Shown: positions 11,384-25,300 of the stretch, in pieces
Layout of the letters: each line of letters starts with the position of its first letter
How positions within the stretch are numbered: the stretch's first letter is position 1
Notes under the pieces: model-generated
What the model was told of the DNA's origin: nothing
Databases searched by the model: none
The model's input: only the letters and a program-made list of their open reading frames with translations
Program-made: the position numbers and the translations under genes
Source of the DNA: Epiperipatus broadwayi
Lineage: Eukaryota; Animalia; Onychophora
Direction: 5' to 3'
Assembly: GCA_028023455.1 (NCBI GenBank)
Contig: JAQFVV010000003.1
Location: forward strand, 2,480,001 to 2,544,000
DNA: 64,000 nucleotides

Positions 11384-13614
11384 TTCATCTTTTTCGCATG
11401 TATGCTGTCATGTGTGTCAGCTGTATAAGACTGAGTGGATGACTAAAGGGAGCTTGAAAGTCTGAGTTCAATTCCCTTCTAATTACAGTTGTTATTATAA
11501 CTAATACTGTTTTCTAAAATACAAAAAACTATTTATACGGTATTTGATTAACAAATTTCACAAAACTTTAAAAAATAGTATATAAATATTTGATTAGCTT
11601 TGATCAAGGCATGAATTTTGACAAATTTATATAGTTCTAAATGTGGTACAAAGAGTATGATGAGCTTTTTTACATTCAGGCAAATCAAACATTTGGCACT
11701 TCTTTGTCACTAATAAACTATAACTGATTGACTGTCCAAAAGAATTAATTAATATTGCATACCCAGTGAAATTTCAAGTAAATTCAGAAGGATTAAAAAG
11801 ATCACATTAATATAATGCAGTAACATTGTGGCTCAAAACCATAAAAATAAAAAAAAATAGTTTTATTTAACTGCTGCTCTTTTATAATCAGTTGATTGCT
11901 TTCTTATAATAACTTATAATAATGAAATAAATTTGTTTCTTATTATTGTTGCTATTACTCACAATAAGCATTACTGAATTTCACTTAAAAAGTGAAAGAA
12001 AGCATTTTTTAATAAAAGAAAAAAATTTAAATTTATAACTGATCTAAACTACAACAGGTATGAGACACTGCTAAAACAGAAGGATTATCAAATGTAAACT
12101 AAGCAAGCTAAATTTAAACTAATTTAACATTTGTATAATAGAGACAGTCATATGCTGGGAGATACTAAGATGGGCACTTGTTCAATTTAAAAAATTATAT
12201 AAAATTAAGATATTTAAAATTTTATAGCAGTATATAATACCAATTGTAGTTATTGCAGATTAAATGCACAAATTTTAAATAACCTTGATATTGCTTTTTA
12301 TATGTAATAAAGTTCTCTGTTATACTTGAAAAATATATTATCTCAAACTAGTGTATCCTCTAAATAAATTAAAAACTCCGTAAGAGATCTTTCATTATTA
12401 AATAATTAGTCACCACTGTATTTGTACATCATGGAAAGTTAGCTATCAATATCATGTTTATATATTACTAAAACAGTTGCAATTAATTATTATAATATAT
12501 TAAGAAATAAAAAATAGTATGTGATTTATAATAATTATACTTAAGGCATGTTTGGATAAATGTCATTCAGAAATTATATTAAATAATACATTTATATTAT
12601 TTTACTTAGTGGTAGTATCAGTACTTCCTATTCAGTTATATAATCTAAGTTATTTATTATATACAGATATTAAAACTGAGTTTTCATTTCATGTTTAGGA
12701 GTTGCTTAAACTAAAGCTGTGCTTTGATTCTCTAAATATTTAAATGGAGATTTTATTTACTCAGTAAATATTGTGACCATTTGGCTACATTGCTGCATGG
12801 AAAGAATAAATAGTTAGTTGGGAGATTGATCCTCAAGTTTAGTTTAGAAATACTTAATTAATAAGGAAATCCTATTTAATTTTACCATGCATATACATTT
12901 TTATATAATAGATCTTCAGTTAATTAAATATTTTACTTTTCTTCCCACATGATAGTAAGAACATTCTAGACATTTTTTAAGTAATTGTCAAACAAAAATT
13001 ATAATATGCATATTTTAGTATGTATTATAAATTGTAATTCTTGGTAGAAGAGAGAGAGAAGTATAAAATCATATAAATAATTTCTTTTGATCTCTCTTCA
13101 ATAATTTTATTTAATTATCAGTTGCTATTAATTTTTTTTTAAAATGCAGCAAGAGAAAAAAAATGTTTTCTTTTTAGTAAATTGTTTACTAATATTTAAT
13201 TTTAACCTTTTAAGAAAGATAAAGTTTTATGTTTAGTAGTATTTTTAAAAAGAAAAGAAAAAATAGTAAGATTTTAATATTTTTGGTAAATTTTATTTTT
13301 AATTAATTAGAGTTGTTGTTTTTGTCTTTTCTCTTTATCTCTCTTCATTACAAAAAAAATCAAATCAGTGTAATTAACTGATTATCTTGTTTTTCTTTTT
13401 GCAAAAAAGTTTTTTTAATTAGAAAAGAATAATCCATTGAATTTTCTCTTAAATTATGAAAGGGGATTTTTTTTAATTTATTCCTTCTTAAATTCAAATT
13501 TAATTTTTGGAATATATATTTTTTTTTCACTTCTCCCCCCTAAACCTTAATAAAAGATTAATTTAGCTAAGTCAAAATTAACTTACGAGAGAGTGCAAGT
13601 CTCTCAGCGCTTGT

Positions 13615-13720
13615 GATTATTAATAGCCAATCAGATCGTAAATACTGGGACAACGATTTAACAAGAGAAGAGTGGTAACCACTCTTAACTTTACTTGTCT
13701 GTCTATATATCCAAGCCAGT
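13615..13720 (+). promoter_or_regulatory. Promoter-like island: CCAAT box and perfect palindrome
   Basis: AGCCAATCAG at ~13625-13634; AAGAGTGGT-A-ACCACTCTT at ~13667-13685; TATATAT at ~13703; several retained CpGs. No downstream gene identified. Confidence 0.25.
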
Positions 13721-16105
13721 CCAAAGTACTTATATCTGAAAGTGAATTTGTATCTTTAAATTTTTTGAAAATGTTATTTTTCCAACTCTTAGTTATTTTA
13801 AAGAAATAACTTACTAAAGTTAATTTAATGACTATAAATCAACTTGTTAATATAATTTTCATGAAATTATACATATATTTGATGAAACTAATATTTAAAA
13901 TGTTCATACTATCATGTCAATTTCTTTTATTTATTGTTAATCAGTTAGTTAGTTATTAAATATTGTTTTTAAATATTTTTTACGCTTTATTCCTTCCAAC
14001 TCCTGTTACATATATTAGCAGTGGGTGTGACTTTATTTCAATACAGCTTCACATTCTACTATTTTTTTTAATATTCCAATAAAGTTATTTACTTGTAGTA
14101 GGGTAAATCTATTAATTATTTAAAAGTGATTTAGAATAAGCTGCTTTATTTATTTATTTTTTTGCTCACAAATACTCCATAAAGTTCTTGTTTCCTGAGA
14201 TAGATTAGAGCATAACAATTAATTATACGAATTAGAGATTTAGGTTGCTTGGCTTGCTGATAACTCTGGATAGTGCAAAGGTACAGCCTTTAAAATCCAT
14301 GCACTACATTGTTATTATTAATTAAAAATTAAGCATAGTTGGCCAATACCTTGATGGTACACTATTGCCAAGGCCCTGATGATGATCAGAATGTTTTAGT
14401 ATCTTAGAATTATTTGATTTTTTAAATTTATTCTGATAGATTGGCATCTGAGTATGTATATCCAAATTATTGTGATATATTGCTGCTTTAAGTTTGGTAG
14501 TGGCTAAATAATTAATCTGGTCTATAGTAGACCCATTTCAAATTCAGCATAAGGTTGACTGTTGATTTTTTTATTGTTTGATCATTCATGATGATGAATG
14601 ATTATTCTTTTATATAATGCTGGGTGAACTTATAATTAGTTCTTCACTGATTTCTCATGTTCATTATATTCATTATTATTCCTTTTATATTTATTTTGAT
14701 ATTTTGTTAATTTGGGAATGATGATGGTTTCTCATCTCCTCATAATTCAGTTCTACTGTGGTGTACCATTACAAATCACAAACAATTGTGGGACCTTGTA
14801 ATCTCAGATTCTCCCTTATTAAACTCTTATTTTCTATACAGTTACAATCTATAAAATCAATAGATTGAATTTGCTCCCTCATTGGAATTTTGTAAATAGA
14901 CTAAGCTTTTATGAGAACAAATGCTGACAGGTGGTGTTATCTGTGTTTTTAGGCTTTATTTATGTTATATAACTCATTGGAAATTTCAGTTACTTCCTTT
15001 TCAATTATATTTATAAACCATGGAAATTTAGGGGTTTTATCCATGTAAATAGCCAGAGATAACTTTGCTTTTGATATTGCTAGGAAATTATCAATTACTA
15101 AATAACAGTCACAAGGAAATAGAAGAACATTTATTTTACTTTTGGTTGTGTACAGGGACAAATCATTTAATTTCCATTATTTATATTATCATAAATCTAT
15201 GAAAATTTAGCAATTTAGTATATATGACTCTCTGGGGGAAATGTGTTATTAATTATGGAGTGTCAAAAAAAGTGATGAGCTTCTGAATCCTCATACCTAT
15301 AAAAACAACTGTCTGGGTTTAGTTCTTAAAACAATTTAGTTTGAAGTAAATGAAATATACTTTTATTTAAACTCAGAACAAAAGAGTTATAATAGGTTAC
15401 TAGAGAAAAGTTGTTTAATATAATACTGTCAATAGTAATTTATGGTTTCCTATCAACATCAAAGATAAATTACCTCTAATTGTCAATATGTATATAATCC
15501 CTTAATTTATGTTGTTTATATTGTTATAAATTAATGAAAATATTTAATATATATAATTACCATGTTCTTTGTCAAAAATTGAGCTCTATGTGGTAAAATG
15601 TTAAGTATATATATATATATATCTGAGCAATAATGAACAAATCTTTTTATAAGAACTCATAGAGAAGCACAGAGCCAAACCATGAGAATGTACACAAAAT
15701 AGTTATAATAGATTTGTTGTAAAATCAAAAAAAAATCTGTGTATGATTAAATAAGCAATGAATCTTAGAAAAAAAAAATTGTTGCTAATGCATTGGAATC
15801 TGCTATACTTTCTCATTGTTAGTTATGGTCCCAATAAGTTTCTTCATTTAAATAAGTTGTATCATAACATCATAGATATATTACATATGTCTGTAATTTG
15901 ATAACATCTTTAATAATGTGCTTTTGATTAGACAAAATATTTAAAATTGTGTATTTATATTATAATGCACATTTTATGAGCAGGTTCTGTAAATTAATAA
16001 AAGCTTTTATTTTGCTTTTAATTTTTTCCCCTTTGAAGTGAGAATTATTAAACACTCAATATACAGTAATGCATACATAGATATACAGTTTCTATTCAAT
16101 TATAA

Positions 16106-16249
<144 letters not shown>

Positions 16250-16434
16250 GTTTTAACAGTAGTAAACTTTATTGATCCTTTTAGTTACATAATATTACAA
16301 TGCCATAGCAAGATACATTTTGAATCTTATTATTGTCAGTTCAATTTCAAGTGCTACAATATTCATTTTTTTAAAGGTACATACCTATATGGGTAATTTT
16401 ACATGATTCTATCCACTTTAGAAATGTTAATTAA

Positions 16435-18773
16435 TCACATTATTGTCCAATAGGAGCATAATCTGGACCATGCTTTATAACTTTGCAGTTTGTCTGAGCA
16501 GGGACCAAGTAGCTGCATAATTATCTGGGCTGGTGATCTGCTTGTCTCTAACTTGAATGTGGCTGGATGCCTTCTGGGGTTATTACCCAAAATGAACACA
16601 CATCTAGTACACCAAAGTGCATATAAGACAAACATTAAGGCCCTTATGGCTGGTACATACCTCCCTTTGTAAGTTGGACATAATTTGCATCATTGTAGTA
16701 TTTTTTTCTGTATATGCCCTGCAGAATGCATCTAGTATGCTTCAAGGCCTTGCAGTTAAAAATTATATGCTGTAAAGTCTCCTCAGCCATATGGCAAAGG
16801 CCACAGAATGAATCAATTGACCTGTACATTCTTCTGTGATGTAAAAATATTTAGTAGGTAAATCATTCAAATTCATCTTGATTATAAAATCTAGGAACTT
16901 GGGTAAAGTTGCCATTTTTTGTATTGCTTGATGAGATATTTGTTTCCTATTTCTAGTATTGATGGCATCTCATTATTTTGATATATAAATTTATATATTT
17001 CCCAATATTTATACTTTTGATCCAATTGATCTGGAATTGTTCTTTCTCTCCTACATTGGTAGATGATGATTGCCAAAAAACAATCTTTTGGAGAAGGCCT
17101 ATCTGTAGGTGTTATCTGTTCTAAGTGTCTTAATTTAGGAAATTGAGTGAGTATAGAAATTATAGCATTCCTTGTTTTGAATGTTTGAAATGTTTATAAG
17201 CTATGCAATCCCAGTCCATTTGCTATAAGAGGGCAATTCAGTTTTGCCATTGAAATTGCCATCGTCTTTTTCCCCAGATGAGCTCGCAACATATGGAATT
17301 AATGCATGCCATAAATTTTTTTGAAAATTCAACTACAGGCATGTTATGTTATCTTGGTTATTATAAGCTTGTTAATCAGTTGCACCTTTGCATATATGGA
17401 CAAATATGCCTTTGAGAGTGATTCAGCTATGCTTTTGACTTCCTCTTTGAGCTTGGCTTGGATCTGACATCTCATTCCAGTAGCTCCTAGAAAAAAAGGA
17501 AAGCCTAGGAATGGAGCGTTTGCTCGATACATTGGCCACATGGCATTCCAGTGAGTAGTGTCCAGGTCACAGACTTTTCTGGGTTTATGCTCATTCCATA
17601 TTGTTTTGAAAATTGTTCAAGCACTGCCTGAAGCTGTGGTATTTGCTTCTTTGATGTCAAGAAGACTGTGATATCGTCCATGTATGCGAGACATGCAATA
17701 TTCTGTGTTGTGCCAAGTATTTGAACTCCAATGAATGTGCTATTTATTTTTTCAATAAGAGGATTGATATAATGAATAAACATTAATGCACTCAGAGGAG
17801 ACCCTTGGGATAGGGATTGCATTGGAATGAATGAGGTGAATTTCGGCCATTCATAGTAACATACAGTTCTCTGCTCAGTATCAAGTTTGCAGTCAAATAT
17901 AGCAGACCTTTGGGTATTTTAGTCTGTTTGAGCATATCCAGTAACACAGGGATTCTCACTGAATCAAAAGCTGAAGCAATATCTACCTGCACCACTAATG
18001 TGCTGTATTTCTTCCTCACTCTAGTAGCTATCATCTTGGTCTTGAATAACAATGCTGCTTGCACTGTTAATTTATGTCTTCTTTGCAAATTGTGATTCAC
18101 TGATGGTTGCTAAAATATATTGCTCAATCTTGTCTTTTATAATTTTTTCTAATATTTCTTATTATATGGCATTATTGCCATGGAATATATCCCTGTAGTT
18201 GGTTTAATTTTTTGAGCAAGATGGTTTGCTACATCCTTGAGGTATTTAGCTGTAAAAAAACTTAAATGCTTGAAAATGAACAGTGGTATCCCATGGCCAC
18301 CTGGGTGACAAGCATTGCTGATAGTTCTCATTTTCTCTATCATATCTTTTTCACTAACTGATAATTCACCCTCAACCTCTCCAAACATTTTTGGCTGGTA
18401 AAAAAAGTGAGGTTCTGCACTTAACTTATCTTGAAAATATTTGAACAATGGCATAATTATGTTATGGCCAGTGAACATGCCTTCCTCAGTCTGTATGGCC
18501 ATTGGCACTTTTAGGCCTGGTACATAACCCAAAGACCACTTGATAAACTTGCAGGTCCATGTGTGCTGTTGTGCCATGCAAAGCTTTTCTTTATCTTCAG
18601 ATATTCTTCCAGTGATTCACAGCCCTTGTTATAAGCATTAGTCAGCTTTCTTATGTGCATTTGGGTGTTGTGTGTTGGAGTCATCATCATTAGTCTCTGA
18701 TGTAGCTGATTGGCATATTGCATACGCCTTGATGGTGGTGGCTGATTTCTTGTTACATGATCAACATTGAAAG

Positions 18774-18818
<45 letters not shown>

Positions 18819-19625
18819 AAAAGTCAGGTATTGCTGTATAGGATCAAGGCTCATCCCTTTAACCTTCTGCAACAGAGTATATATCTCTGAGAAGAGGAAT
18901 TCTGCTGCATGTTTTGGAATAAGTACTCTTATTGTTTTTGTTAGGTTGTGATTAACTACTTGCAGTTTTTTTTAGATTGATCATGATTAACTGGGCAGAA
19001 TGATCAGAAAATGTGGTCAGAACCAATTTTACTTTCATGAGGTGATGCAGCAATGGTGAGTAAAAGACAAGATCTATTAATGTTGCAAACCAACCATTAT
19101 GAAAGGATAGCCCCTTCTGGCAGAAAACCTTGTCCACTAATCAATGGTATGGCTATTTTATGTAGTGATTTCTGTATAAATTCTTCATAAGATGAGTTGC
19201 AGTCCCCAACCAGAACAGTGAGGCTTGCATTCATGGCAAGAATTGAATTTATAAATTATAGATTCTATCTTTTGTTTTTCTGCTGGAATATATACAAGCA
19301 CTATATTCATTGTAATTATTTTTTGATTCAGTGTTATTATTAGAAGGTTTGAATCAATGTAAACTATTTTTAAATTTTTAAAAGGACAATCTTAAGCAAT
19401 TACTATTCCAGTTCCTGCAGATGGAGAGGATGAATCTCTGGAACATGCAGAGAAGCCCTGGCACCTCAGATAGGGAGCTGGATTTATTGCCGAGCCTGCA
19501 TATATCTTTGTTTCTAATAATCCTGTTATATGTGCTCTGATTTTATTTATCCAATTTTTGATTTTGAAATTTTTATTGATTGCATTAAGTCCTCTGACAT
19601 TTAAAACAGCAATTTTAAGTTTCAT
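16435..19625 (-). pseudogene. LINE ORF2 (APE endonuclease - reverse transcriptase - C-terminal Zn finger), disrupted
   Basis: APE: LKIAVLNVRGLN...GLLETK (19625), VLVGDCNS (~19200-19225), FSDHS (~19000). RT: DIASAFDSV, QGSPLSALMF, LAYMDDITVF (~17680). Zn finger: CGLCHMAEETLQHIIFNC (~16755-16810). LWCTRCVFI near the end. (TA)n inserted at ~18778-18816. Confidence 0.9.
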
Positions 19626-21895
19626 TAATAATTTTTCTTTTTGAGTTTAGGAACTCGTGTCTTCTTACTTGCATCTTGAAACACCAGGCCACTCTCTTCA
19701 TCCACTGCTACAGACCAATTATATATTTCCTGCTCACTGTGAGGATTCTCTTGTTCAAGTCTCACCTTTTTACATCTTCTATCTTGTTCTGGTGGATGCC
19801 CTGGTTTGCACCTATATTCATTGTGCATTTCTATTTGGATAGGCAGATCCAGAGTAATAGCCTCCATCACTTCAGCAGATGTTTTATTAATAATTTTTGG
19901 GCATGGTATGATTTTAGTTGAAATTTTGAATTTTCTATCTACATGAATCACATCTTCAGTTTCAGTCTCAAGTGCCATTATTTGTGTGTAATCTTTATTT
20001 GCGCTCTTTGACTGATTTTGTTGGTCACATTTCATATGGCTTACCTTTGCTGCAATTCTCTTATCCTCTTTTTCATTGTTTAATCTCTCTTGCTCATAGA
20101 GCTGATCTGGCCTTTCCTGGCATGCCATTTTAAGCTTACTTTGGTTATTATTATCTTGTATGTTGTCCAGTAACTTATTTTCCACTTTTAAGCCAACTAG
20201 TTCACGGTTGGCCTCAATGTGTTTGATGTGTTTTATCTCCTTGTCTGCCATTGCTTCCATTATATTTTCTTTATCTGTTTTTTGCTTACTTTGTTAATTA
20301 TGTTGTATGGCATCCAGTTCCTTATTTTTCACTTTTATGTCATCTAGTTCTTGGTCACCCTCAATGTGTTTGGTGTGTTTTACTTTCTTGTCTGTGGTTG
20401 TTTTATTTTCTGTGGCTTCAATTATATCTTCTTCATCTAGTTGGTTTATTTCTCCACATTTTTTATTATTTTTTTGCATACTGTTTATATCTATTTTTGA
20501 TCTTTGGTGTTCATCAGGTGTATTTTCTGTTCCAGTCTCAGATTCCAGTCTTTCATTGTTATCTTAATTTCCTTTTTTTGATTGTTTTTTTTTATGAGGC
20601 TTTATCTGTTTTGGTCTGACTTCAATTCTTTGGCCTTCTTTTTCATTGGTTAGTTTGTCATTCTCAAGCATCTGTGATAGTACTGACTGATCAGCAACTT
20701 TCAGCATATTTTGCTTATTTCTTTGTATATCATCTATTTGTTTATTAATTTTTTGCATGTCACCCATCTCTTGGTTACACTCTTCATGTTTGGTGTATTT
20801 CCTCTTTTTATCTGGCCTTGTCTGATTTTGTGTTCCTTCCTTTGTATATTCTTTATCTGTCATTTCTGCCCATTTTTTTTTCATTTTTTTGCATGTCATC
20901 TATTTCTCGGCCAGTCAATGGGTGTTTGGGATTTTCTATCTTTTTGTCGAAATTTGCTTGATCTTCCAGTTTCTCTGTTGTGTATTCTTTAATTAATATT
21001 TGCTGTGTTTTAGCTGCTGACTGGTCATTGCTGTTGTGCTTTCTTCCACAGTCTATTGTCTGGTGTTCTCTACTGCCACACACAAAACATTGTGGCCTAA
21101 GTTCTTTAATTTGTATAGTCAGGATTGCTTTTTGATCCATTATTATACTTGGGATGTCTTCGGGTCATATACCTTCATTCATTTGATCTTGAAATAAAAA
21201 CTGTTTGAATAAACTAGTGTAGGCATGTCTGAGCGAAATATTGGCTTCATGTATTTTGGTTGCCCAAAGGGTTTCATTAATTTTGTGAAATAGTATAATA
21301 TTATACCCAAAATAGGTATTTTTAATAATGCCAGTGTGATAGTTTTGCATCTCTCTATCTACAATCAGAAGAGCATAATTTTCCAAAGTCTTTTTTCTTG
21401 AAAATCTGCACATTGTGTTTCATTAATGAATTCTACCGCCAGATAGCTTGAGTTGGTATGCTCTCCTATTGTTGAAACTAAGCTCCACATTTTGTTGTTA
21501 GATAACTCTTTACATAGTATTTCCTTTGGAAACTTGTAGAGAGAGAGATTTCTATCTGTTGCTGCTAAGACGATTGACTTATTTGAAAAAAATCTCTTAA
21601 ATGACATGAATAATTTTTTTGGTATGGTCTCATTAAATCTGCGATTTATCTCATCCACTTCTTCTTTTAACCAAATGTTTTACAAAGGCACATCGGCATC
21701 ATATTCATTCATATTTATATCATTCACTTCATTCAGGTCATCCTGATTGGCACTTCTAAATCTTGGAATTTGTTTTGCATTTTGCAAATTTAATTCAGTT
21801 ATGTTTGCATATGTTGTCTGTGCTCTAATGTTGCTATATATTCGTGAAGTCTGATTCGGGCCAAATTTTATCTTGGATTCTGATATGGATGCCAT
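19625..21895 (-). pseudogene. LINE ORF1 (gag-like, one CX2CX4HX4C knuckle, repeat-rich charged C-terminus), disrupted
   Basis: Chain of minus-strand ORF pieces 21895-21680, 21658-21365, 21413-21165, 21140-20853 (CFVCGSREHQTIDC), 20899-20564, 20479-20294, 20260-19625. Confidence 0.8.
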
Positions 21896-22105
21896 TTTGA
21901 CAATATATAGCGTCTGTATAGTGCTTAGGAAAACAAAAAATTATAAGCAATAAATCACTTACTTTGTGAGTAAAAAATCCGTTTTCCCTGATATGTGTGA
22001 ATATTAATGTTTTAAGCAACTGTTTTTTGGCAATTCAGTATTTTTTTATACTTTTGTTGGAAACGTTTATCTAATTCATCTAACCAAAGACACAGCAGGA
22101 CCGCA

Positions 22106-22363
<258 letters not shown>

Positions 22364-25300
22364 GATAATTGCATTTTTAAAATGTCATGTTACAATTGCA
22401 GTTGTGGCATCAAAATAAAAACTTCTAATTTCAACAAATTAGATCTCCTCTTCACTACATTTTAGCAATGCATATTTTTTATATAAAATTAATCAATAAA
22501 TGAATAGGTATATTAGGCTTGATTGAATAGCCAGTACAAGTACCTGATCTTATCCCAATATTTTTTTTTTCTTTTAGTGAGTTATCAAAGATAAGATATA
22601 TTTAAAAAAAACTATGCATAATTAATAACAAAATTTGACTCATAAAAGAGCATGCCAAAACAATCATGGCAATAAAGAACATTGAGTGCAAAAACTAAAT
22701 TACAGCAACATAAAAAATGAGGACCACTTATTAGAATATATAATAGATTATACTTAAATGTGTTATTATTCAATATAATATTATTATATATATTGATCTA
22801 TTATATAAACCCATATACCTATTTATGCACTCTTTTATATAAAATTAAGACATCTATGTGTTGAAAGTTATGTATGTTTATTCTCTTGTCAAAAGTAGCT
22901 TGAAATAATTAGGAAATCAATACTGTGATAAGGTGACAACACTTGATCATCATCATTTTTAGTTTGTCATTAATAGACATAAGTTAAAGCACTTTATTTT
23001 AGCATTTCAGTATTTGAAATTACATTATAAACTTTAATGCTTTTCGTAATTATCAATATATGGATGTAATAATATGTTGGATTATTTTTATCATCTATCA
23101 GTAAATGAAAATTTTAAACTTTATTTAAACTTTTCAAATACAAATAACTTGTTAAATAATAACACACAAATAGACAACACAATTTAAGAATTACAGATAC
23201 TTACATGGCCTGTGTGTGTGTGTTATTTCTAACAAGTTGTTTGTATTTGAAAAGTTTAAATAAAGGTTAAAATGTTCTATACATTCAACATTTACTGTTA
23301 GATGATAAAAATAGTCCAATATATTATCACATCTAATTTAGCATCATCATATATCTTCAGACAAATATCAGTATATGAATACTGAAATGATTATCCATAG
23401 CAATAGGGTGTGTGTGTGTGTGTGTGTAATTGTAGTATGTTGAATAAAAAACCATAATAATCATATAATAAAAAGTAAAAAGAAGTAATAATGGGGACCA
23501 ACTATAAAGTAATTACTTATAAAATTTAATTACAAAAAAAAAAAAATCAAGTCAGATGTCACATGACCTAATTTAATAAAGCTTGTTAAGAGTTTGTTTT
23601 GTGAGCTCTATATATTGCAAAATTTAAATAATTTACAATACTAAAAAATTGAATATACATCAGAGATTGATTGTTTATTTTGTTATAAGTTCACATTGTA
23701 AATAACTTTAAGAAATTAACATTTAAATTATATCTTATGTAAATATATATGCAAGTTATATTAATCTATACATGTATAAATCAAACATGTATGTACAAAC
23801 AAAATACTAAGTTTTTTTTATAAAAATATAAATTGCAAATATTCAGGATTAAGATAAGTTTAATTAGTCAAATGAGATTTGTTTAAGAAATTGAAGAGCA
23901 TTATTTATTTTAAAAGATTAAAATTTATCTTTTGCTTGAAAGAATATTTAAAATTATTATTTCTTTATATTTTTTTTAGTTTATTAATTATATATGGGTT
24001 AGTATAGACAGTACATTCATATCTGTTATATTTTTTCTAAGCCTCCTTCATGTACATCCATACAATGTCTATAGTAGCTTATGTTTTGTTAATAAACTTT
24101 GATTAGAATATGTATTGTTTATTGAACTGAAAGTGTACAATACTTTTCAACATACACATATATTTAATGCAGACACTTTTCATATGTATAGTGTGTATAT
24201 ATAAATTAAAATTATAAACAAAATTTTTAAAAATAATAATATAGTTATTAATAATAAATTGAGAGGACACATTTACATATAGTTTGCTGAGATTGTATTC
24301 ATTCATTCATTGATTGAAAAATTAAGAAGGAAAAAACTTATTGTACTGCATTTTATAACTAAAATGAAATATCTGGTTTTTTTATCCAATTAAATATGTT
24401 CTGGGCTATATTCTTTTTTTTTACAATAACTTCTTTCATTCTTGTAGAAATGTAATAGTAGTCTTATTATCAATAAACTATGATCTCTGAAACTATTTTG
24501 ATATTTTTAAGTCAGTATCACTTTTAAGTATTGTACCATCAAAAATGTATGTCTATCCAACAAGACTTAGAATCTGAGCAAAAGTACTCTGAATCCAATT
24601 ATACCTGAGATACACAGGTCAGGAGCAATCATGAATTCTAACATGTTTTCCCATTCTCCAAATCTATAACACTATGGAGAACACCTATGGTGATACCACA
24701 TAAATTCATCATTTCTGGGCCTGGTGCTACAACATAGTATATGAGATCTCAGCTGCTGATGATGGTTGATAAGACATTGTGTGAACCTGAAAGATAATTT
24801 AAAAGATATATATACATATATTAAAAAGATTCGAACACTAAGTTTAGATATGAATGTTTATTATAACAAAAGATTAAATTGCGATTACATATATATATTA
24901 CCAACTTCATACATATACACTTTCTTTTATTTACAAACAGTTGTCAATCCTAAATCAATTCTTTATGGATTGACTGGTTTAGATATAATGCAGTATTACA
25001 TATAAATAAATATCTTTGGAATTTAGATTTTATTTAGATTTACATGAGATATTTATCTGGGTGGATGAGGGACATTCTACACATTGTGAAATTACATATA
25101 TATATACAATTACGGGGTTTCGCTATTTCTATAACTTTGATAGTTTTTCCTTGGCATTATAATACAGAGATTTATTTAGTATTCATTGCATTTTATTTAC
25201 AACATTTGAAAAAAATACATCGGGATTTGTAAGTATACGAACATAAGTATTTATTATTCATTTTAAACATTTATAGATCAAATATTTAGTGAAACTTTAT

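Larger units (their letters stand above)
10923..11483. mobile_element. Fold-back hammerhead element, family B (copy B2)
   Basis: Inverted arms ~10950-11110 and ~11326-11486. 13-bp TSD TACA(A/G)TTGTTATT at 10910-10922 and 11484-11496. Arms and spacer homologous to B1 (GATTTGAA..CAGACTTTCA; CAGTGCTCAG; TTTAATGGACA.GCTTCA). (TA)n inside. Confidence 0.8.

Noticed and set aside
9804-11442. Two ORFs sharing ACSKPLFNLDQL, suggesting a duplicated peptide gene
   Set aside because: The shared peptide comes from a ~35-bp non-coding family-B leader present at both sites.
14370-14412. CCCTGATGATGAT...ATC possible hammerhead relic
   Set aside because: No GAAA or cleavage triplet in register. Similar partial hits at ~8398, ~43715, ~59157 and ~59218 were rejected for the same reason.
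14700-15161. Minus-strand coding-like stretch (70-aa ORF)
   Set aside because: No recognisable domain; it could be LINE debris but I cannot support that.
24756-24800. CTGATGA-T-GGTT...AACC-T-GAAA hammerhead-like motif
   Set aside because: Stem II is plausible but there is no stem I pairing and no associated arms or TSD; it is at most a relic.
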